A stretch of 64,000 nucleotides of DNA, taken from Trichoplax sp. H2 (Eukaryota). The stretch spans positions 310,001 to 374,000 of the forward strand of contig NOWV01000010.1 of assembly GCA_003344405.1 (NCBI GenBank), read 5' to 3'. This document shows, piece after piece, positions 14,292 to 24,801 of the stretch. How positions within the stretch are numbered: position 1 is the stretch's first letter; the number at the start of each line of letters is the position of its first letter. The notes below the pieces were generated by a model. That model was not told where the DNA came from and made no database searches. It saw only the letters and a program-made list of their open reading frames with translations. The position numbers and the translations under genes were made by a program.

Positions 14292-15176
14292 CTAAACGTT
14301 GTGATTTGATAAAATTGCCATTGATTAGAGTTCAAGGCGATAATAATAATACTGCATTAGATGATATCAATTTACATCTACAATATATAACGACTATGAC
14401 ATTGGTCTAAGCTAGGATTACAGTAAATGATCAATGGTAAACTCAGTGTATCTAGGTGTAGAACAGTTGTATGTTATGGATGTACTATTGCCTACATGAA
14501 TGCACAAATTGTATTGCTAAAGGTAGATTTTAACGATGTGGTGTAAAATTTAAATAGAATATAATAAAAGTGAATTATTTCACCGTGTAGGCTATGATAC
14601 AATGATAGAAAAGGCTGATACATATGAATTCATTGAAACTATATAGACCTGGTCCATTATAGAATAGGACTATAAAAGATAGACGTTAATTAACGAACTT
14701 GAAAATAAAGCTAAAGATTGCGAGGGAAATGGAATGTACTCTATGTATCTGGCCATGAATCATCAGTTAAATCCATCCTATATTGGATCTCATACGCTGT
14801 GATTGATTGTACTCTACATTTATTATCCTATAAATGAAACGTAGGGAAAGTAAAAACTGGCATGAAATAGTAGCAAGCAAAAACTAAATAATGGTTAGCA
14901 GAACAGACCTAATTTACAACCCATTGACTAAGCAGAATATAGTCATAAAAATAACAAGAATTTGACGAATGCATGTCTATCATTGGGCGTGTAAATTTAA
15001 TAATGTGGAATATAAATAACGGTCATATCGAGATAACCATTAACTAAGCATAAAACGTGCAATAGGTTGGATAACTTTAACAAATTACTGATTGCCTATT
15101 CTTTTAACCTGATAACATTAAAATTCAATTGCGACCCAAGTCTACCTACGCACATTATTTGCATCGTCCGTTATGT

Positions 15177-15327
15177 CAAGACTATCAATATCGCCAAAAG
15201 AGATGGTGTCCAAATCCATCGATCTCTGGATATTCTTATAACGTACGTTATTTATATCATCCGTTAAATCAAGATTATCACTATTGCCACAGGAGATAGT
15301 GTCCAAGTCCATCGATCTCTGGATTTT
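15177..15327. repeat. Short direct duplication (~58 bp core, ~93 bp period)
   Basis: CAAGACTATCAATATCGCCAAAAGAGATGGTGTCCAAATCCATCGATCTCTGGAT at 15177 versus CAAGATTATCACTATTGCCACAGGAGATAGTGTCCAAGTCCATCGATCTCTGGAT at 15270. Confidence 0.85.
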
Positions 15328-17254
15328 TTTTTATGTCTTTAATATCACCCAAGTTATCTCCAACTGGCTAACGAGAATAACATATACACATCGATGCCAA
15401 GTGAAAGTGATCAACAATTTTTGATATCAATAAGACTAAATAGCTGCAGTATAGTCGTCGTTAACCGACTTTTTACTATAACTGTATAATCAATTCGACG
15501 ACAGTTGTGGTGTATCGAAGGCGGAAGCTAATACTAATGCTATATTGATTGCAAGTGTTTAATTAATTATTAGCAGGATGCAGTAATTGACGTTAGCTTG
15601 CGATCTAGGTATAGTAAGTTATCCTATACAATCTTGTGATCCAAAGCTACACTTTGGTATGTTATTGCAGCATGAATGTTATAGCACAGTATGGCATAAG
15701 CTGCCTTGAACAAGCCTTGCGATTCTCCTCGTCTACGTCAACAATTAGCATAACTGTATTCATATACGCTAAGTGTAATTGATAGTCTTGCATGTCATTA
15801 TACAAGACAATTTGCAACTGGGAGTATACTGATGAATTAGACTTGATTGCGATTTCATGTGTATGATAGAATATGCGTCGATTATCCACTAGGCTAATAG
15901 TGCGCGTCCTACTTCTCTAATTACTAATAAGGCCAAAAATTACCTTGGCACATTATACAGTGCACTGTATATCCAATATAGAATTAGTGAACGACATCGG
16001 CATATTCCAATTCGGTCCATCGGTATACGCTAATTTCTAGTGTCGTTAAAAGTCAAGCCGAAACCCGGACTCGAGGGAGGGATTCGCTTTCAGTAATTCT
16101 GTTGTGATAGAGTGATGATTGTATAGCGATTGCACTCATTTTCGGGTTAGAAAATCGACAATTTGATCAGGTTTTATCGCGTTCGGATTGCATTTTTACT
16201 CCATTTAAGGGCTCACTAAGTACTGTACAGTATTTTATAATGTTATGATAATGTAGGTAATATCATGATGGCTCATCTTCTCTTGCACTTATTATTAAAT
16301 TATTATTTCAATTATTTTATGTGCATAGATTCATTGAATGGATTTAGCTTTAGATTGTGATCCAATATTTTAAATACACGCTGTAATGGATGGCTACTAC
16401 CGAAAGTAATTCTTATTATATGAAGGGGTAGAGGCGGTAGCAAAAAATGACGATAGTAGTGATTCTACTAAAGAAGTAATAACTATTCTCCTTCATGGTC
16501 ATTTAGAAATTTACCCGCATTGTGGATTTTACGGTTTACGATGCCAAGCAACTATTCGTTAAACTATAATTATAATTTTTTAATTGCATTAAAGGCTTTT
16601 ATCAATCGGTAAAATTTACGGTACTTTACCAGTGTAGTAGTAAATATACAGTACTACATTTTATGTATTGTAAAGGATATATAGTTGATTCAATAATATT
16701 GCCATGAACAACGACAAACTTTACTTGATTCCTGAGATGTACTGTATTTCTTATTGGGTCTAGTGATGATCTTTCGCTCAGGTGTAAAGCTAAATGCTTG
16801 TATGCTGCTACAAGTACGGCAATTGGTAGTCGTCAATCTCTTGCTTCAGTTCATACAGGCAAAGAAAATTTTAGCTTGTCGTAGCCGCTAGTGGTCATTT
16901 TATCCATCGCAAATTCTAAAGTTATCCTGTATCTAATTAAAATGATGTTTTCTAATGATTGCGTAAAAGACGACTTGAATTGGATTTCAAGGGTGATAAA
17001 AATGAATATTATTAACGGTATTGTCAATTTTATTAACTTAATCGAGCTGATGTGTTCATATTGAACTTCTTACTGCTAGCAAAGTACAGTAGGTCACTGG
17101 TCAGAATTGAATATTGCATGGTAGATATAGCAGTAGTGCGGGTGTACCATTTGTTCATGAAAATGCATATTAATAAAACGTGCCGTTACACTACAGTACA
17201 GTACTGTATGTTCCAGAATGAAAATGCATAATATGCATTTTCATTTAATTTATT

Positions 17255-18010
17255 TTTCAGATTTTTTGATGGCAAAGTACAGTGCTGTACAGTACTGTGT
17301 ACAGAAATTCATAATTCCTCAGATTTTTCGATGGCAAAGTACAGTACTGTACTGTACTGTGTGCAGAAATTAATAATTCTTTCAATTTTTTGATGGCAAA
17401 GTACAGTACAGTACAGTTCTGTGTATAGAAATTAATAATTTTTTCAATTTTTCGATGGCAAAGCACAGCACTATGTACAGAAATTCATAATTCTTCAGAT
17501 TTTTCGATGGCAAAGTACAGTACTGTACTGTACAAATCAATAATTCCTTCGATTTTTTGATGGCAAAGTACAGTACTGTGTAAAGAAATTAATAATTCTT
17601 TAAATTTTACTGTATAGAAATTCACAACTCTTCAGATTTTTCGATGGCAAAGTACAGTACTGTACTGTGTATAGAAATTAATAATTCCTTCGATTTTTCG
17701 ATGGCAAAGTACAGTACAGTACTGTACTTTGTACAGAAATTCATAATTCTTTCAATTTTTCGATGGCAAAGAACAGTACTGTGTACAGAAATTCATAATT
17801 CTTCAGATTTTTCGATGGCAAAGAAAGTCAAGACTACAGAGTGCGTATAGAGTACAGTTCTGTGTATAGAAATTCATAATTCTTCAGATTTGTCGATGGC
17901 AAAGTACAGACTACAGAGTACAGTATAGAAATTAGAAATTCAGAATTCTTCAGGCCTTTCGATGGCAAAGCACAGCACTGTACTGTACTGTACCGTATAT
18001 AGAAATTTAT
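17255..18010. repeat. Minisatellite: 12 GATGGCAAAG cores plus one truncated unit, mostly 52-62 bp, with an embedded (GTACW)n pentamer tract
   Basis: Cores at ~17268, 17330, 17392, 17454, 17506, 17559, 17643, 17700, 17762, 17814, 17895 and 17961. A conserved block AGAAATT(C/A)ATAATTC..ATTTTT(C/T)GATGGCAAAG alternates with variable TACAG/CTGTA runs. Confidence 0.95.
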
Positions 18011-18014
18011 TTCT

Positions 18015-18306
18015 TTACAGTACAGTACTGTATGTCTTAATAATTCTTTCATAGACAGTTGGGGTAAAGTTTATTGAATGTGTCCGTGAAGTTAGTGTAC
18101 AGTACTGTACAGTACAGTATGATTTACATTCAGTACTGTACTGTACAGTGTACAGTACAGTACCTCCAGCCTCGAGTACCGTGGACTACAGTACAGCACT
18201 GTACACTGTACTGTACAAGGATAGTCTCTTGGATGGACAGACAGCCCAGACTCATTTCGGCAAAATATTGTGGCAAACACTTCGTTCTGACAGTACAGTA
18301 CTGTAC
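18015..18306. repeat. (GTACW)n low-complexity pentamer cluster
   Basis: Repeated GTACA/GTACT units, e.g. GTGTACAGTACTGTACAGTACAGTA at ~18095 and CAGTACTGTACTGTACAGTGTACAGTACAGTAC at ~18131. Confidence 0.9.
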
Positions 18307-18426
18307 TAAAGTATGCAGACAGTCGATTCTGAATTGAAGCATTTTTGCTCAATGAAGTAATACTCGTCCTATACTGTAAATTGAATCTTATTATCTATTC
18401 CTAAAATTCGACTTGGAAACAGCTAT

Positions 18427-18771
18427 ATAAGATCGTCAATGCTATTTAAATTAGTAGCAGTGAGTTCGAAAATGGACATGAAAGATTCATACTAAGTAGT
18501 CATTTTTCGACATTGACGACCTCATTTGGTAAAACAATATCCGTCCATCCGAAGGACTGATCACGGATCAGTTTTAGTCTTCTTCTAGCAGTCCATCAAA
18601 GTACCAGTCGGTACAGTAGTACTGGCACTGGCAGGGACAGGGACTGCTCAACTCCAAATTCTCTCCTCAAAGCCGTCACTAAAACTATTTCCCCTTTTCT
18701 TTTAGGAGGGAGAATTTTGAGTCGAGTAGACATGGGGGACTGGTCTACTGTGGTGGATTCGGTGCCACCAC
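18427..18771 (-). ncRNA. Candidate structured non-coding RNA of unknown family
   Basis: Dense set of complementary segments: 16-bp helix 18510-18525/18427-18442 (three G-U pairs on the minus strand, which would be A-C mismatches on plus); ~29-bp interrupted hairpin 18644-18672/18699-18729; 7-bp stems at 18750-18756/18765-18771 and 18556-18562/18566-18572. No recognisable protein. Confidence 0.45.
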
Positions 18772-19060
18772 CAATTGCTATCACATGACAGTGTCATGAT
18801 AATGAAAGTACTGTAGTGATACGTGCCAACGTACTGTAGAATATATACTGTACACTGTATTATCGTTAGTAAGGATGAAACTGTATGGCAAATATGGATG
18901 TCGACAGTAGAGTGTGCCGTGACAGACATACAATCCGGTTGAAATGACTAGTAAAATAATTGGCCTGCTCATTATTACCACGATAATCAACGACCCCTTT
19001 GGTGGCCGCTTTCTTTCTATTTTATTAGTCCTTGGGGCCAGTTGGGGGTACACTCGTACA

Positions 19061-19061
<1 letters not shown>

Positions 19062-19089
<28 letters not shown>
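19062..19089. repeat. (GA)14 microsatellite just upstream of the inferred mucolipin 5' UTR exon
   Basis: Perfect GA run. A strong donor (TGA|GTAAGT at ~19283) downstream suggests a non-coding first exon. Confidence 0.95.
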
Positions 19090-19092
<3 letters not shown>

Positions 19093-19836
19093 CATACCAC
19101 TACAGTAGGACTGTCTACTCAATCGAATCGAGTGGAAGCAGCAACAGTTGATGGATACAATCATCAAACCTTGGCTACGTCTTTTAGCAAAAATTCTGCA
19201 TAATTTATCAGCAATTCAACGTTATCCGGATTGGATTTTACTTGTGAAGATTAAAACTATCCCTGAGATCAGTTTTAGCTTGAGTAAGTTGTCAGGAAGT
19301 TGTAGAGGCTTGCAAGGTGTTGTCTACAAAATCGATGATATGATGATATGTACACTGTGTTTACCTTTCCAGAGACGAAAGTATTGGTAGCAATCCATAC
19401 AGTAGAAGTGGATGCAAGATTTACATTGGATTTGATACTATGTTTTATTTTCTGTCATTATCATCTAGCTCTCATGTCAGACTAGTTTCTATGTTGAGAA
19501 GGCAACAGGATCAATCTTGGTGGATTATTGACATTACTTGGAGTGTCTTTGACTCTTTGCTTTTTCATAAACACCTTGTACGTACGCCTATGTCAATCAC
19601 TTTTACCGTGACAGCTTTCCTTCATGACTTTCGATAGTAGTTTTTTAGTGTCTATTTTTGTCAAATACGAACAAATTTTTACTAACTAGATTTTCAACTA
19701 GACCACTAGCTGTAACTCAGACCATCATGCTTTTCTTTTTGGGGGGGATTACTTCAATTTGGTATTTCATACATAGATTGTAACAGGCTATATCTAGTGG
19801 ACAACGTCGTGTATACCGCACTGGATATACAGCTGT

Positions 19837-22800
19837 ATGGAAGTGGAAATTCCAATTATGGCAAATCCAGCGTTATCGATTGACACAGGTGCAGCAGCCA
19901 ACCTAGATACAAATTCTGTCTCCAATTCCGTTGCAAACCATGAGCTTTCTGCTGCCTTTAACTTATCCGATCATCAAATGAGGAAGAAATTGCGTTATTA
20001 CTTTATGAATCCATTGGAAAAATACGAAGCCAAGAAACGAAAACCATGGAAATTAGTATTTCAAATTGTCAAGATCGTCATGATCACAGTTCAGGTCTGT
20101 TTGCTTAATTTCAAATGCTACAGTTTACAAATGATGTATAATACAGTACTGTAGTACACTGATTATAATTATAGTATATACAGAGAGAGAGATATTAGTG
20201 CTTTTCCTCTGGTCAATTTTGCATAGAATAACAGTAATAAAACTGTAATAAAAATACTGCTTTCATTCGTGTGTTTCAAAAGCACTAGCACGTTGCTGTT
20301 TTGAACAATGACCAATATCGAGAGTCTTAATCAGACTATACGAGTATTCTTAATTAATTAATTATTAATCTAGTACCACACCAATCAGAGTAGCAATTAA
20401 TAGTTGCATAGCAATAATGATGACGCTATGATTTCAGTTAACATTGGGAATTTTGCATTGCTATACTTTATTCTCAATGTTTATTATAAGTATGCGTATA
20501 TCTTGTACATATGAAATCGATACCATAATCTATAGACTTATCAAGTTACATTTTATACTCGTATTGCGCTAGTTGTGTGTATTTAGCAGTTCACGTTTTC
20601 AAGTGGTGGATTTCATCAATGATAATCGAGAAACATTAACCCACTATTTCACTGGAAATCGGACGGTATATCGCGTCGATCAAATTATACAACAAATTAA
20701 TCATACTTTTTTTCAGGTACACATAGCATTATAAGCAATTGTTATTAGCTCCTTCACCAAGCTCCTTTATAATGTTTACATGTATGTGCTGTTTTTAATA
20801 TGTGAATCAATTTCCTTTCAGTATGCTGCGATAGCAGACACAGCCATTGGAGCATATAATTACCCCACAACAGATGGAAGTGTACCTCCTATTGAATTTT
20901 GTGTTAAGAAATATGCTAACCTTACTTTTCACGCACAAACTCAACAGTACCGTTTCAACACTACAATTTTAAATAGTAAGGATGAAAATTGAATAACCAC
21001 ATCAACGTGTAGCTTGTACAATACTGAATCCTGAAATTTACCGTTGATCGAAACTACTATGCTGTTGTTGATTAATCAATGGGTCAATTACATAGCTAGC
21101 CAGTAATGCAATATCGTCTTAATTATACAAAAGTGCCGGTATTAAAAGCTTATTGATTTACTTTTAATCACCTAGATTTACTGTAATACTTTATTTTCAA
21201 AACTGTGATTTAATCATATTTTAAATACAACAAATTCTACAAGTCTGTTCATAGTCATACTTAGCCAACAAAATTCGATTTGTTTGCTTAATTTGCCCCT
21301 AGGATGATGTATAGTTTAAAATGATTAACAAAATATTTACTTTACGATCTCTGCTACTCTATAATGCTTAATTTTCTTACTATTATTGTTATAATTCGCT
21401 TCTTTCCTGAATAGCCTGTGAAAATGCCACCGGTCCTATTGATCCTAATCAAAAATTACGAAGCTTCGAATTGACTTTACCACAAGATTGGGATAGGTTT
21501 GCCAACTTACTGTGTTAAATAGTATATAGTCCTACTTAGAGTATTTGAAGGTGCATAATCGTTAAGATACCTCATTGTGTAATTGACCTGGCGAAGAAAA
21601 GATATAATTGTAATATTTCATAATAATATGTTTTATCTCATGCAATATAGAATCATTATGATATCAATGAAGTTCTCGTTAAAGACTATCGATCTACGAC
21701 AAATTCAATTTTATAATGACCCAGATTGTTACGATTTAACCATTAACGTATGCTATTTCCGGAAAAACTATAAGTTATCGCATGCAAATTTTAAATTAAG
21801 ACACTGTGCTAATTTGCCATAAATTTCGTAAATACTTGCTTGCTAGGTATCAATTGATAACTCAGATCATGATGGGAAAGCGCTAATTGATGTACGGCTT
21901 GATCATAGGCGATACCTATGTTCGAAGAAATCGAATAAGCTGGACGGTTAGTTTGAATATGTATATTTAAACACATTTATTATAACTTTGATGTAATAAA
22001 TGATATTATATTTCAGAACTTTCTACTTATTCCATTACTGGGATCATTATTGATGTGATTGTCATTATATCTTGCTTGGTTTCGAGCATATTATGTTTAA
22101 GATCAATGTTTAAATCCGCTCTCATTTCGATGGTAAGAAAGTGACATCATTTGTTCCAATTATCAACAAATGTTTGTCTATCTTATAAAACTGCGATAAT
22201 TAAAACTACGGCTGATTTAAAACCATAGCAATGGACTTTATATTTTTGGGAATTTGAATGCTAGATCGTATCAGAACACTTTAAAAATCAGCACAATAAA
22301 AGTCTAACCCTCGAAGAAAGAATGGAATTTATAAACTTGTGGTTCATAGTTATTGTAGCTAGTGATAGTTTAACTATAATTGGGTCCGGCTTTAAGATAT
22401 TTATAGAAGCTGGGGTGAGTTCCTTATAGTATGAAAAGCTCGTTTTAATGCATCAGTAGAATATAGTTATCGTTAAAATAAACCACGTTCTTATGATTTC
22501 AGGACTTTCACGATTATGATGGTTGTAGCATCTTATTGGGAACGGGGGTATTATTTGCTTGGATTGGATTCTTACGATTTTTAAGTTTCTTTCGTAAATA
22601 TAACGTAAGAAACGATATATGAACATAATAGGATAATCTTTTCAGAACTGTGGCATGTATTACAAAAAAATACGATGTACTTTCTTTAACAGATTCTTAT
22701 CGTTCTTTTTAATTACTATTTTAATGATAGATTCTCCTTATAACCCTGAAAGCTGCTTTTCCTAGTGTCTTGCGTTTCATGTTTTGTACTGCTTTCTTGT

Positions 22801-23664
22801 ACATGGGCTACGCATTTTGTGGGTGGATCATTCTTGGTCCTTATCATGAAAAGGTATAGTAATATATTGATCAGTCCATCTAATAAAAATTGATAGTAAA
22901 TAAAGTAAAATTTTTGTGTCACTGCACTTCAAATTAAACAAATTTTTGTTATACGATTATAATACTAACAATTATGTGATATTGTTTAATGACTTACTAT
23001 TTAGTTCCGGACTCTAAACACTGCATCTGAATGTATGTTTTCTCTAATCAACGGAGACGATATGTTTACAACATACAAAATTATGTCCAAGGAAAGCTAT
23101 TCGGCCTGGCTTTATAGCCGAATCTACTTGTATACATTTATTTCATTATTTATATACGTCGTCTTGAGCTTGTTTATATCCATTATCAGCGATACCTATG
23201 AAACTATGAAGGTACACTATATAGCTAATGGTTATAAATAACTAACCAATGTAAAATTAAGAGCGATGAATTTATAGTTGTCATGCCCTGTTTGTAATTT
23301 ATGTTTGGATCTCTTATTATAATAGGATTGGCCAGATATTAAACAACAATCATATTTACATGAATTTGTTTCGAAAGGAGGACCTATAGAACCGTCTTCT
23401 TATCGAGATCCAACGTTTGATACTTTAAACGTCTGTAACTGCGGTACCACTAGCAGATGCTACAATATATCAAATTGGCTTGCTTTCCTCTGTTGCTGTA
23501 ACAGGTACATTTACTAAGTGATATCCATTATGTTTATTGCTGTTGGAATGTACTGTACGTACTTATGCTTACAAGGTACATACGATCGTTAATTATGGAT
23601 TTATGGTTATAATTTCAGTTCTGGAAGACGGTTACTTGTCAACTTCGATAGTGAATGTCAATGA
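19837..23664 (+). CDS. MCOLN: Mucolipin (TRPML) lysosomal cation channel, ~13 coding exons
   Basis: Exon 1 (19837-20094) encodes [32 protein letters not shown]. Later exons give [99 protein letters not shown] (pore/filter) and [27 protein letters not shown]. The last exon 23619-23664 ends [12 protein letters not shown]. Confidence 0.96.
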
Positions 23665-24650
23665 AATAGAAGAGTTTTGGCATTATCAATTTTTTATACA
23701 TATTTTTACAATTGTATTAGTTCATTGCATATAGCGAAGGTAATAATTGCTGTAAATAATTATAATGTGTTACTGTTATTTAATGCCAGGTGTACATTAG
23801 ATGAAAATAATACTGCAAAATTACCTAAAATGAACTTATGATTATTGAGGAAATGATGATTTACTTATAATACTGAACAATTGTAAATTGATATACATAT
23901 GACAGTAAGACAAGTGTCTTTCGCGGGTTAATAATGCAAGATTATCGTATTTAAAATTTTCTGACTACCTGATATATACTATACGTAGGTGTATTTTGTA
24001 AATTAGCAGTACAAGTGATTTATAAAAACGTATTTTATTATATAGTAATGAAAAATTTTATGATTTTCTGTTCAAGTAACAAGATAGAAGCTCATAACTT
24101 AGTAAATGTGATGGAGAATTCTTGATTGGCAGATTGAAAAAATTCGTATTGAGTAAAACTGTCTTTTTATTATTAAGAATTAAAACTAATTGTTAGATTA
24201 TGTAAATTGGTCTCCATTTTTTAGTAAATGTATTATTGTATGAATTTTTATTGGATGCAAAATGCCCTACATCATTATCGAGTAAACGATTGACTATGCT
24301 TCGAGGTTTAGGGCTATTTGCTAATGATCTATAAGATATTAGATATTAGATATTAGCTTGCACTATACGCGTTTATACGAGTATAAATCCGTAGCTTTGA
24401 TTCTTGATTAAGTGAGTGATTGAATTTCAATAATCTTCCGAAAATTGTACTCCTATAAATGACAATGTCACTTTTCGAGTGGTAATAAACAATAGCATTT
24501 AATATTAATTCTTCCGAAAATGTATAACTATATGTAATTAACTACTCAGTATTTTGTAGGAATTCACCACATATCCTTGCTTCAGATTAATTATTCTTAA
24601 TTTTCTAAAATAATGAAATTAAAGCTAGGAGTTATTTAAAGGATCTTACA

Positions 24651-24801
24651 GGTATAGTACTATAAATTCAAGCAGTAAGGCAGGGATGAAGAGGCCATTT
24701 CTGTGTATGAAAATCAGTCAAATTGAATTATGGTTCTTGAATACAATCATCTCAGCATTTTGATACCATAGCTTTTATCGCCTAACATAGGAAAGGTTTA
24801 T
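24651..24801 (+). pseudogene. Decayed TPR-repeat fragment (42-aa kinesin-light-chain/NPHP3-like TPR type)
   Basis: Allowing one stop and several 1-nt frameshifts it reads GIV...KQ*GRDEEAISVYEKSVKIELxVLEYNHLSI...NIGKVY. This parallels the repeat consensus QGKYEEAISMYEKSLKI.LSVLGHNHP....YNN.G.VY. Confidence 0.55.

Noticed and set aside
16143-16150. CTAACCC (minus strand) as a telomerase RNA template
   Set aside because: It continues as CTAACCCG rather than CTAACCCT, and no pseudoknot or H/ACA context was seen.
17480-17515. CTGAAGA...GAAA on the minus strand of the satellite as a hammerhead ribozyme core
   Set aside because: No stem II pairing between CUGANGA and GAAA, and no stem I/III with a cleavage triplet.
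17255-18010. CRISPR-like look: conserved ~36-bp blocks separated by variable segments
   Set aside because: The spacers are all low-complexity GTACW runs, the repeats are degenerate, there are no cas genes and the context is a spliced eukaryotic genome.
18320-18345. CAATTCAGA (minus strand) resembling RNase P CR-V
   Set aside because: No complementary CR-I/P4 partner (GGAAGGUCUGA-like) upstream.
17257-18352. Several ORFs rich in YSTVLY/TVQYC
   Set aside because: They are translations of the satellite and pentamer repeats in multiple frames on both strands.
18596-19167. Short minus-strand ORFs (62, 75 and 128 aa)
   Set aside because: They overlap one another, one runs through the (GA)n repeat, and none shows a recognisable domain or splice support.
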